A stretch of DNA of 64,000 nt from Heptranchias perlo (Eukaryota). Positions within the stretch are counted from its first letter, which is position 1; each line of letters begins with the position of its first letter. Location of the stretch: the NCBI RefSeq assembly GCF_035084215.1, contig NC_090361.1:8246001-8310000 (forward strand), in the 5' to 3' direction. Below the pieces are notes generated by a model. The model was not told the origin of the DNA, did no database searches, and saw only the letters and a list, made by a program, of their open reading frames with translations. The position numbers and the translations under genes were made by a program. Positions 53,401 to 61,220 of this stretch are shown here, one piece after another.

Positions 53401-55273
53401 TTGCAAGTAAAGTACGCCTCTTTCTTTTTAACAATAAAACTATACACTTTGACGTAACTTTCTGGGGCAGCTTCATAGCTGCCCATTCAAAGGAAAATTC
53501 TGGCATTAGCACCTTTTACCAAGTTCAAAGCCGAGCTAAGAAAAGGACATGGGTGAAGCACGGGGTGGGATCTTGGCTTGACTTCTGAAAATTACTAATG
53601 CCGTCAGGTCACAAGACAGGATGAAGTAGAAAAACAAACTTCTGCTGCAAAAACAGGGCCGATGTCCAGATCACATTTCAGAACCCTATTCAAAACAGCC
53701 AGATAGAATCCTTAACATATCAGAAACATGATTTACAATCAACAAGAACCACATCTATTACAAATCCATTTAAGCACCTAGAGCGCTGCAGATTATTTCC
53801 TGAAAAGAATAAACTGTGTGCTCTCTCCGATAAGGCAGGTTGCACATATTCTATGGAAGGTGTGCATTGTTCGGGCATGCTGCCGTCCCTATTCAATTTT
53901 TTCCCCAGTTCCTTACTTTTCAGAGTAAGATGCATTAAAATAGATCATCCCTTCCTCTCCACCATTAGCAGCTCCTCGTTCAGTGACTAAGTGTCTGCTC
54001 TCTGGAACTTGCCACCCAGTTCCCTTCACCGTGCAACCTCCCTGCCTGCTTTCAAAAACCCTCTGCTTCAACCACACGTTTGGTTCCCATCCTCGTTCTC
54101 CCTTCCTCAATGTACATCACATCCCAATCCTCATTAATAAGTTTATTTGGCACCAGTAGCCCTGGCCATTGGATAGGGCACATTTTAAAGTTCTAAACGA
54201 GCAGGTTTTTTCTTAAAAAGAGAACTATTAGTTTTTTTTGTTATGTTCTTAGGTTCAGAGTAATGCCACCAAGTCTACATTTATTACCCATCCTTCATTG
54301 CCCTTGAGTGGGTTGCTTTCTAGTAATTGTCTTTACAACTGAGTGCTAGGCCACTTCACAGGGTATGAAGGTAGGGGTAGCAGGACATTCGTAACCACCT
54401 GGCTTTTCAAATGGTCATTTTCTTTTCTTCATTCAGTTTCACAACTCACCAGAGTGGGGATTTCAACTAATGACCGAGGTTGCTAGTGCTGGATCATAAC
54501 CACTACACTATACCTAAAGTTGGCGATATTACAGAGGCATGGAGCTGCTGTAGCCTAGCATTACATTCAAAATAATACTTTCAGTCTTTAAGGAGATATA
54601 TACTTGTTGCTGAAGCTGGTTGGAATACTGGGCCTTATACTACTGCATCATTGCATTTAAATATTTTATTGTATTAGATCTCAAAGAGATGAGTTGCACA
54701 GTTGCTGAAACTAGCAATAATGCAGGGCTCTACACCACTATAAAGTTGCATTCCACTGTTCTTTTATTGCATTATTTGCACTGTATCTCAGATGTGTTCC
54801 AGTAACTAAAACTAGTAGCAATGCAAGGCCCTTCCCCACTGCGTTGTTGCATTCCAATATTTTAATGCACTGTATCTCTGAGATGTGTTGCACAGATGCT
54901 AAAACTCAAGTAATGCAGGGTCCTACACCACTGCAATGTTGCATTCCAATATTTTATTACATTGTACGTCTAAAAGTGCTAAAACTGGTAAGTAATGCAT
55001 TGCATTCCAATATTATTCCACAGCATTGCACCTCTTTAAAAAAAAGAATCTACACTTGTTGCATTAGTCACTAAAGCGGGCAGTAATGCAGGCCCTACAC
55101 ACCCTTGCATTATTTGCATTGCATTGCATTGCACACCTCCCCTCCACCTTTTACTCACTGGACAGAGAGACCCCGCGGGGCCGCTTGACCTCCACGGCGC
55201 TTGTGCCGAGCGCGAGCAGCAACAGGCCCAGGGCCAGGGCCAGGGCCGCGAGCGCGGACGCAGCAACCGCCAT
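5562..55273 (-). CDS. PRKCSH: Glucosidase II beta subunit (80K-H), complete spliced CDS, 16 coding exons, 549 aa
   Basis: Exons join in phase via GT-AG (115+117+96+58+118+130+85+79+87+201+88+70+90+75+100+141 = 1650 nt). Protein has signal peptide, [10 protein letters not shown], LDLa-like Cys-rich region, EF-hands, acidic tract, MRH domain and HDEL-stop. Confidence 0.98.
5812..6245. mobile_element. Deu-SINE fragments (plus-strand head 5812-5940; minus-strand copy 5960-6245)
   Basis: Similarity to 9715-10165. Confidence 0.7.
6365..6464 (-). CDS. PRKCSH: PRKCSH exon 16: [34 protein letters not shown]
   Basis: 100 nt; [11 protein letters not shown] motif. Confidence 0.97.
6548..6960 (-). mobile_element. 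CR1 LINE 3' fragment
   Basis: [41 protein letters not shown]. Confidence 0.88.
8171..8627 (+). mobile_element. Non-coding Penelope-derived retroelement with hammerhead ribozyme
   Basis: 12-bp TSD TGCTTTAAGTGG at 8159-8170 and 8628-8639. Pyrimidine-rich body, hammerhead core, then the tail atgctgcctg.cctgctgagt...ccagcattttctgtttttatt. Confidence 0.8.
8488..8524 (+). ncRNA. Minimal type I hammerhead ribozyme
   Basis: Stem I AGUU/AACU; CUGAUGA 8492-8498; stem II AGGUC-AUU-GACCU; GAAAC-GUU with palindromic AACGUU stem III. Confidence 0.8.
9109..9183 (-). CDS. PRKCSH: PRKCSH exon 15: [25 protein letters not shown]
   Basis: 75 nt, AG/GTAAGA flanks. Confidence 0.97.
9255..9560. mobile_element. 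hAT (Charlie-like) MITE remnant
   Basis: CAGGGATGTCC...TTGGACACCCAAG termini; internal ATGCGGC motifs; degenerate TTCTA-type 8-bp TSD. Confidence 0.55.
9715..10165 (-). mobile_element. Deu-domain tRNA SINE (SacSINE1/DeuSINE-like), near full length
   Basis: tRNA-like head; Deu core gatgagacgttaaac..ggcc..gtctgccc..gatgtaaaagatcccatggcactattt; L2-like tail. Confidence 0.8.
10560..10775 (+). mobile_element. Degenerate L2-type 3' fragment
   Basis: Tail ...gtacgttttactatgtgcattgaactataaaagtgccaagttgttg. Confidence 0.5.
11391..11462. repeat. Compound microsatellite (TG)n(AG)n
   Basis: Directly visible. Confidence 0.97.
12675..13620 (-). mobile_element. CR1 LINE 3' fragment
   Basis: [19 protein letters not shown]...[15 protein letters not shown]. 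Confidence 0.88.
14250..14595 (-). mobile_element. Deu-SINE copy
   Basis: Similarity to 9715-10165. Confidence 0.7.
16077..16166 (-). CDS. PRKCSH: PRKCSH exon 14: [30 protein letters not shown]
   Basis: 90 nt; DFGPxGEF motif at the start of the MRH domain. Confidence 0.97.
16935..17152 (-). mobile_element. CR1 LINE 3' fragment inserted in a SINE
   Basis: [23 protein letters not shown]; terminal (ATTCTATG)-type repeat. Confidence 0.85.
19275..19603 (+). mobile_element. CR1 LINE 3' fragment
   Basis: [13 protein letters not shown]...[11 protein letters not shown]. Confidence 0.82.
20544..20613 (-). CDS. PRKCSH: PRKCSH exon 13: [23 protein letters not shown]
   Basis: 70 nt, AG/GTAATG flanks. 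Confidence 0.95.
21335..21620 (+). mobile_element. Deu-SINE copy
   Basis: ggatgagacgttaaacggaggccctgtctgcc core. Confidence 0.75.
22600..22990 (-). mobile_element. Deu-SINE copy
   Basis: Similarity to 9715-10165. Confidence 0.7.
26512..26600 (-). mobile_element. Highly degenerate Penelope-type terminal repeat
   Basis: aaataaaaacaggaaatgct...agcatctg...cccttaatcagaa matches the reverse complement of the 8490-8600 tail. Confidence 0.45.
29441..29528 (-). CDS. PRKCSH: PRKCSH exon 12: [29 protein letters not shown]
   Basis: 88 nt; MPxYDExTQALID motif; AG/GTATGG flanks. Confidence 0.94.
30610..30945 (+). mobile_element. Deu-SINE copy
   Basis: Core plus tail aaaggagctatataaatgcaagtct. Confidence 0.78.
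32746..32946 (-). CDS. PRKCSH: PRKCSH exon 11: acidic low-complexity region [16 protein letters not shown]...DDDGEDDYK
   Basis: 201 nt, phase 0/0, AG/GTAATT flanks. Confidence 0.93.
33558..33644 (-). CDS. PRKCSH: PRKCSH exon 10: [29 protein letters not shown]
   Basis: 87 nt, AG/GT flanks. Confidence 0.95.
34160..34810 (+). mobile_element. CR1 LINE 3' fragment
   Basis: [12 protein letters not shown]...[16 protein letters not shown]...VVRIWNAL; ends ctatgattcta. Confidence 0.9.
35085..35310 (-). mobile_element. CR1 LINE 3' end
   Basis: Same subfamily tail as 12675-12910 and 57645-57950. Confidence 0.8.
35437..35515 (-). CDS. PRKCSH: PRKCSH exon 9: [26 protein letters not shown] (EF-hand 2)
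   Basis: 79 nt, DxDxDG loop, AG/GT flanks. Confidence 0.96.
36351..36435 (-). CDS. PRKCSH: PRKCSH exon 8: [28 protein letters not shown] (EF-hand 1)
   Basis: 85 nt, AG/GTGAGT flanks. Confidence 0.96.
40328..40578 (-). mobile_element. CR1 LINE 3' end
   Basis: Matches 6548-6790. Confidence 0.8.
40711..40750. repeat. 15-bp tandem repeat AGGGAAGTGTTACTT x2.6
   Basis: Directly visible. Confidence 0.85.
41989..42118 (-). CDS. PRKCSH: PRKCSH exon 7: [43 protein letters not shown]
   Basis: 130 nt, AG/GT flanks. Confidence 0.96.
42340..42630 (+). mobile_element. Deu-SINE copy
   Basis: Core plus tail. Confidence 0.7.
43295..43412 (-). CDS. PRKCSH: PRKCSH exon 6: [40 protein letters not shown]
   Basis: 118 nt, coiled-coil segment, AG/GT flanks. 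Confidence 0.96.
44998..45055 (-). CDS. PRKCSH: PRKCSH exon 5: [19 protein letters not shown]
   Basis: 58 nt, AG/GTAAGT flanks. Confidence 0.97.
47978..48073 (-). CDS. PRKCSH: PRKCSH exon 4: [32 protein letters not shown]
   Basis: 96 nt, AG/GTAAGA flanks. Confidence 0.97.
48316..48360. repeat. 19-bp tandem duplication ATGGCGGGATCTGCCACCA x2.3 within an old LINE remnant
   Basis: Directly visible. Confidence 0.85.
49714..49830 (-). CDS. PRKCSH: PRKCSH exon 3: [39 protein letters not shown]
   Basis: 117 nt, AG/GT flanks, family motif DDYCDCxDGSDEP. Confidence 0.97.
50533..51564 (-). mobile_element. 5'-truncated Penelope-like retroelement (GIY-YIG endonuclease end)
   Basis: Open frame 51564-50794 includes CxxC and NVVYLIRC...WYIGET...RMNGHR (GIY-YIG). 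Flanked by the 12-bp direct repeat TCTATTTACTTC at 50521-50532 and 51565-51576. Confidence 0.93.
50586..50620 (-). ncRNA. Minimal hammerhead ribozyme motif (core variant CUGGGGA) in the Penelope 3' region
   Basis: CGC-CUGGGGA-A-GGGG AAAG CCCC-C-GAAAG-CUU-GUG. Confidence 0.65.
52020..52385 (-). mobile_element. Deu-SINE copy; its tail is displaced to 50035-50110 by nested insertions
   Basis: cagccaattaa(ta) | cttttgaagtgtagtcactg rejoins across the insertion. Confidence 0.8.
53025..53400 (-). mobile_element. L2-type LINE 3' fragment
   Basis: Reverse-strand WNSL...SFKTHLF and L2 tail. Confidence 0.6.
54600..55135. repeat. Degenerate ~90-100 bp tandem array (about 6 units)
   Basis: Unit anchor AAT(G/A)C at 54624, 54719, 54820, 54912, 54994, 55085, followed by cc.tacaccactgc..ttgcattccaatatttt..tgcac...gctaaaact. 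Confidence 0.8.
55159..55273 (-). CDS. PRKCSH: PRKCSH coding exon (exon 2): [38 protein letters not shown]
   Basis: ATG at 55273; hydrophobic signal peptide; donor GTGAGT. Confidence 0.96.
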
Positions 55274-55439
55274 CCGGATCAGCGAGCGGGCGAGAGCGGC
55301 CGGGCGGAGCTGCACCAACACACGGGCAATGAAGGGAGAGGTTCGTGAGGGAGGATGAGAAGGGAAAGGGGGGGGGAAATATATATATATAAACAACAAA
55401 CCGGACCGGATTTTAAACTTTAAAAACAAATAAAATTAA

Positions 55440-55620
55440 ACGGAGCGGCCCCCTCAGCTCCAGCGCCGCGCGGCCCTCCACCTCACAGCCCCCTCCCTGC
55501 CTCCGGGTGACGCGTCAGCTCAGCCAATAACGCCGTCTGATTGGACGGGAAGTCCAGGCCGTTCCGCTCCCCCTCCCCCCGCGCGCACACGCATGCGCGC
55601 GGCCCCAATCCATTCTGGGA
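55440..55620 (-). promoter_or_regulatory. PRKCSH CpG-island promoter
   Basis: CpG-dense 55170-55610. TGACGCGTCA palindrome 55508-55517; CCAAT 55524-55528; ATTGG 55540-55544; GGAAGT (ETS) 55548-55553; NRF1-like CACGCATGCGCG near 55588; GC boxes. Confidence 0.75.
55487..55515 (-). other. PRKCSH: Probable non-coding exon 1 of PRKCSH (5' end uncertain)
   Basis: Donor GTGAGG at 55486-55481 just downstream of CCAAT boxes. Polypyrimidine tract plus TGCAG acceptor at 55311/55310 opens exon 2 at 55309. Confidence 0.55.
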
Positions 55621-55669
55621 ATTGTGTCCCCTCCCTCTGGGAGGGATTGGTGCAATGGGGAATTCGTTG

Positions 55670-56170
55670 GAAGGGGTTTTAGGGGAGAGGGTGTTTTGGG
55701 GATGGGGGGTTTTAGGGGAGAGGGTGTTTTGGGGATGGGGGGTTTTGGGGGAGGGGGTGTTTAGGGGATGGGGGTTTTGGGGGAGGGGGTGTTTAGGGGA
55801 TGGGGGTTTTGGGGGAGGGGGTGTTTAGGGGATGGGGGTTTTGGGGGAGGGGTTATTAGGGGGAAAGGGGGTTTTAGAAGAAGGGGTTTAGGGGAAAGAG
55901 GCAATGGGGAAAGAGGGTTAGGGGAAGGATTTTAGGGGGAAAGGGGGTTTAGGTGAAAGAGGGTTTTAGAAGAAGGGGGTTTAGGGGAAAGGTATTAGGG
56001 GAAGGGTTTTGGGGGAAAGGGCTTTAGGGGAAGGATTTTAGGGGAAAGTGGGGGTTTAAAAGAAGGGGGGTTATGGGGAGAGGGGGTTAGGGAAAGGGTT
56101 GTGGGTTGTTCGGGGATGTGGGTTAGAGATGTTAAGGGATAAGAGTGTTCGGGGAAAGGGGGGTTGGATG
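55670..56170 (+). repeat. G-rich tandem array (32-33 bp units decaying into TTAGGGGAAAG-like units)
   Basis: TTTTAGGGGAGAGGGTGTTTTGGGGATGGGGGG twice, then TTTTGGGGGAGGGGGTGTTTAGGGGATGGGGG about three times; almost no C on the + strand. Confidence 0.92.
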
Positions 56171-56234
56171 TAATGTTATTTTTTGATCTTTAGGGAAAAG
56201 AGCCAAAGATTGAGATACTTTTACTTTGAAAAAA

Positions 56235-56520
56235 AAAGAACTTGCATGTATACAGCACCTTTCACATTCTCAGGGTGTCCCAAAGAGCTTCGCAGCCAAT
56301 GAATTACTTTTTCAAATGTGGTCAATGCTGTTATGTCGACAAACACGGCAGCCAATTTGCATACAGCAAGAGCCCACAAACAGCAATGAGCCGAATAGCC
56401 AATTAATACATGTTTGGTGATGATGCTCGAGGGATAAATGTTGGCCAGAACACTGGGAGATCTCCCCTGCTCTTCAAAAAAGTACAACAGGATCTTTTAC
56501 ATCCACACAGGATCTCATTT
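56235..56520 (-). mobile_element. Deu-SINE copy
   Basis: Similarity to 9715-9990. Confidence 0.75.
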
Positions 56521-56827
56521 TAATGTATCATTTGAAAGAAAGCCGACTCTTCAAAAGTAATTCATTGCGCCTGAAGCACTTTAGGACATCCTAAGGACTT
56601 GAAATGTGCTATATAAATGCAAGACTTTCATTGCTTTTGTGAGGTTTTGCTGTGCACAATATAACTACTGCTTTTGCATACATAACAGTAGTCATTGCAT
56701 TTCAAAGTAATTGATTGTGAAACAATTTGATATATATCTGAGAGGCACGTTAAGGCACTATGCAAAAGCACATCTTTGTTTTAAGCCCCAGTTCTTGCCA
56801 ACTTGCTCGCAGGGCTTACCTAAGATG

Positions 56828-57192
56828 GTGTGTACCATCCACAGGATGCACTGCAGCAATTCGACAAGGCTTCTTCGACAGCACCTCCCAAACCCGCGAC
56901 CTCTACCACCTAGAAGGACAAGAGCAGCAGGCACATGGGAACAGCACCACCTGCACGTTCCCCTCCAAGTCACACACCATCCCGACTTGGAAATATATCG
57001 CCGTTCCTTCATCATCGCTGAGTCAAAATCCTAGAACTCCCTTCCTAACAGCACTGTGGGAGAACCTTCACCACACGGACTGCAACGGTTCAAGAAGGCA
57101 GCTCACCACCACCTTCTCAAGGGCAATTAGGGATGGGCAATAAATGCCGGCCTCGCCAGCGACGCCCACATCCCATGAACGAATTTTTAAAA
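56828..57192 (+). mobile_element. CR1/L2-group LINE 3' end, distinct family; an 80-bp tail copy is at ~18413-18495
   Basis: VCTIHRMHCSNSTRLLRQHLP...NSLPNSTV...FKKAAHHHLL; tail gggcaattagggatgggcaataaatgcc. Confidence 0.75.
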
Positions 57193-57429
57193 AGTGACGT
57201 GCCCCTATATGAAGAGACTCCATAACAGGCAAACTTAGCTTACATAGTTTTCTCAGTAGATTGGTTTTAAAGCTCTTGTGCACGGTGTTGGGTCTCCATG
57301 TGTTTCAGGACCAATGTTGACCAAAACAAAAATAAGCACATCATTCAGTGGACATGAGCTGGAGGTGACCTTAAAGGGCTCAAGTCTCATTTATTTTCAG
57401 TGAAGCAACATTACCTAATTTTAAAAACT

Positions 57430-57510
57430 AAAGCAGCAGGTCAGGGAGCATCTGTGGAGAAAACAGACAAGATATTTTGGGTATGGACCCTTCATCAGAA
57501 CTGGAAGATA
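57430..57510 (-). mobile_element. Degenerate Penelope-type terminal repeat with decayed hammerhead
   Basis: Reverse complement ttccagttCTGATGAagggtccatacccAAAA...tccacagatgctccctgacctgctg. Confidence 0.6.
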
Positions 57511-57644
57511 TTACAGATGAACAGCATTTAGAAAGGAACAGAACAAGGGGAAGAGAGGAAAAAAAACAATACAACCGCACACACAGGCAAAGAAATAGAA
57601 TGACTTGTAAAGTGCTTAAGTGGAGAGTAGGAGATGGTTAAATT

Positions 57645-60527
57645 ACATAGAATGACATAGAATCCACAGCACAGAAACAGGCCATTCAGCCCAACAGGTC
57701 TATGCCGGCGTTTATGCTCCACACGAACCTCGTCCAACCCCTCTTCATCTCACCCTATCAGCATAACCTTCTATTCCTTTCTCCCTCATGTACTTATCTA
57801 GCTTCCCCTTAAATGCATCTATGCTATTCGCCTCAACTACTCCTTGTGGTAGCGAGTTCCACGTTCTTACCACTCTTTGGGTAAAGAAGTTTCTCCTGAA
57901 TTCTCTATTGGATTTATTGGTGACTTATATTTATGGCCCCTGGTTTTGGCTGGTGTGATATTAGCATGAGAGAATAGGAGGCACAATGAGAGGAATCAAA
58001 GACATAAAAGGCACATATGAGATACAGGGAGTGTGTGAATAGTTAAAGGGGTGATGGGGGGAGGGTATGGCGGGGAGACAGGGAAGCATGAAATGTTGAA
58101 AAGGGGAGCAAGGTCCAGTGGCCCTGGAGCCTGGTAGAAGAGAAAAACAGGTCGACACCAAGGGTGCAGACCATTTCATCAGCACAGTGTTCCATCTTTC
58201 CATGTTTCTCACAGTCAAAAATCATTTCCATGGTTGAAACTGTATCTTTTTTTAAAATCTCAATGCAGTATCTTGACCTGACCAAATATACCGGTCCTAT
58301 TCAAAACCCAGTGCCATAATTTTCCATCCAATTCCCACACACATCTCCTCTAAGCGACGACCATAGATGCATTTAAGGGGAAGCTCGATAAACACATGAG
58401 AGAGAAATGAATAGAACAATATGCTGATAGGGTTTGATGAAAAAGTGTGGGAGGAAGCTCGTGTGGAGCATAAACACCGGCATGGATCAAATGGCCTGTT
58501 TCAGTGCTGTATATTCTACGTAATTCTATGTAATACTCTTGTTGAATTGGGTTCAATTCACAGCATCACAAGACAAATACAGATGAGGGAGGCCATTCAA
58601 TCCATATTAACTCATCTAACCAAAAAGATCCCACCATCCCCCATCATTGCATCCAGCTCTTCCTAAATGATCTCTGGATTTTTACCTCTACTCCCACACC
58701 CCAAAGTCCATACCATGTGTCGATCCCTCTTTGTAGGAAGGAAAACTTCCTGACATCATTCCCAAATTTGTTTTATTATTACTATTGACAAAGTTTATCC
58801 CATCCAACAGTTTTCCCCCTGCCTGTCCCAAGACGACTGGGAAAAGAAGCAGAGGCGACATGAGGAAATATTTTTTTACACAGTGAGTTGTTATGATCTG
58901 GAATGCACTGCCTAAAAGGGTGGTGGAAGCAGATTCAATAGTAACTTTCAAAAGAGAATTGGATAAATACTTGAAGGGGAAAAATTTGCGGGGCTACGGG
59001 GAAAGAGCAGGGGAGTGGGGCTAATTGGATAGGCCTTAGGAAGAGCCGGCACAGGCAGGATGGGCTGAATGGCCTCCTTCTGTCCTGTATGATTCTATGA
59101 TCGCGGTGCTAACACAATTGGCCCATAAAATCTGCTAACTCTGCACAGAAAAGGATCTTGGACGATGTTCCTGATTTGGACGACTCAGCACCACATCACG
59201 TGATGCATGAGCCATCAAGGAAATGTCATTTTTTAAAATTCATTTAATCCTTCACATTGCAAAGGTGCTGTTTATGGCAAATGCTCAGGACTGCTGTTGT
59301 TTACATTACTCTGTAATGTAAAGGTCCTGATCTGTAGTGTCATGACAGCAGTGGACATTGCCATGGGTAGTTTAAGCTGCTGGATACCCTTCCCCTCTAA
59401 CATATGGGAGTTGTGGATCATGATTGGGAGTGACACCAACAAAGATAAAAAGAAAAAAACTTTATTATAATTTTAAAATATTTTTATCCACTCTTGGGAT
59501 GTGGGCGATGCTGCAAGAGCACATGTATTGCCCATCCCTAGTTACCCTGAGAAGGGATTGGTTCCGTAAGTGAGTAGCTTGGCAGACCACTTCAGAGGGC
59601 ATTAAGAGTCATGTGTCAGCCAAACCAGGTAGGAGAGACGGGGTCCCTCCCCTGATTTTACAGCAATCCAGCAACTTTCATTTTTTTCTTTTTTCTTTTA
59701 CGTTAAGGAGGAGCCTCACTCTGCCTCCCAGATCTTGAATGTCCCACACGTTTCTCAGCGACCAGAACAGCTCCCAGCACTCAAGGTGTGGCCTGATCAA
59801 AGACCGGTGTACACTTTGATCACAACTTCCTCTGGCTTGTACCCTACTGTTTTGGCCGTGTCGTTCAATGTCCTATTGGCTTCGTTGATTGCTGCTCTGC
59901 ATTGGCCACAGGCGAGATGAGAGAAAGTGAACTTGGTTATGGAGAAACGTCACCAAATGTTGAGCAGCTGCGCCTCTAAGTAAACGATTCGGCTTTATAG
60001 AATCTTACAGGAGGCCATTCAGCCTGTCAAGCTTGTGCTCTTTGAAAAACCTATCCAATTAGTCCCACTCCCCTGCTCTTTCCCCATAACCCTGCAATTT
60101 TTTCCTTTTCAAGTATTTATCCAATTCTCTTTTGAAAGTTACTATTGAATCTGCTTCCACCGCCCTTTCAGGCAGCGCATTCCAGATCATAACATTTCGC
60201 TGCGTTAAAAAAAATTCTCTGTATCTCCCCCCCCCCCCCCGGTTCTTTTGCCAATTATCTTAAATCTCATCCTCTGGTTACCGACCCTCCCACCAGTGGA
60301 AACAGTTTCTCCTTATTTACTCGATCGAAACCTCTCACAAGTTTGAACACTTCTTTTAAATCTCCCCTTAACATTCTCTGCTCGAAGGAGAACAATCCCA
60401 GCTTCTCTAGTCTCTCCACATAACTGCAGTCCCTCATCCCTGGTACAATTCTAGTAAATCTCCTCTGCACCCTCTCCAAAGCCTTGACATCTTTCTCTAA
60501 AGTGCGTTGCCCAGAATTGGACACAAT
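57645..60527. mobile_element. Cluster of CR1 3' fragments between PRKCSH and SWSAP1: 57645-57950 (-), 58360-58532 (+), 58830-59100 (+), 59997-60527 (-)
   Basis: KDVKALERVQRRFTRIVPG...LRGDLKEVFK and the characteristic 3'UTRs. Confidence 0.85.
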
Positions 60528-60607
60528 TCATAGAATTTACAGCACAGAAACAGGCCATTCAGCCAAACAGGTCTATATCAGTGTTTATGCTCCACTAGCT
60601 CCTCACC

Positions 60608-60992
60608 AAGTCCCACTCACAGAGACTTGAACACAAAATCTAGGCTGATACTACAGTACTGAGGGAGTGCTGTGCTGTTGGAGGGTGCTGTCTTTCAGAT
60701 GAGATGTTAAACTGAGGCCTCAGGTAGTTGGAAATGATCCCATGGTACTATTTTGTAGAAAAGCAGGGGAGTTCTCCCTGGTGTCCTGGCCAATATTTAT
60801 CCCTCAATTAACATCACGAGAACAGGTTATCTGGTCATCATCACATTGCTGTTTGTGGGAGCTTGCTGTGCGCAAATTGGCTGCTGCATTTCCTACAACA
60901 GCGACTACACTTCAAAAGCACTTCATTGGCTGTAAAGCGCTTTGGGATGTCCTGGGATCATGAAAGGTGCTATATAAATGCAAGTCTTTCTT
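60608..60992 (+). mobile_element. Deu-SINE copy inserted in a CR1 tail
   Basis: Core plus tail; CR1 sequence resumes at tttacttcatcc. Confidence 0.8.
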
Positions 60993-61149
60993 TACTTCAT
61001 CCAACTCTATCAGCACATCCTTCTCCCTTGTGCTCTTAAATGCATCTGTGGAGCAATATTCCGGCTTGGGCACAACCAGTGATTTATAAAGCATAACTTC
61101 CTTGCTTTTGTACTTTATATGAAGGGGGGAGGGGTGAAAGGGGAGACAT

Positions 61150-61216
61150 TTGTTTTCAAATATCCGCGGGAAATTGCTACTTCTGAACCAGGAAGTGAAT
61201 GCGAGTCAGTTTGAAT
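61150..61216 (+). promoter_or_regulatory. SWSAP1 promoter with E2F site, CHR-like elements and ETS motif
   Basis: TTCAAA 61155-61160, GCGGGAAA 61166-61173, GGAAGT 61191-61196, TTTGAA 61210-61215. Confidence 0.6.
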
Positions 61217-61220
61217 GAGG

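Noticed and set aside
54600-55135. CRISPR-like repeat-spacer array
   Set aside because: Units are degenerate along their whole length with no unique spacers; no cas genes; vertebrate context.
55670-56170. Interstitial telomeric sequence
   Set aside because: TTAGGG occurs only as scattered parts of longer units, never as tandem (TTAGGG)n.
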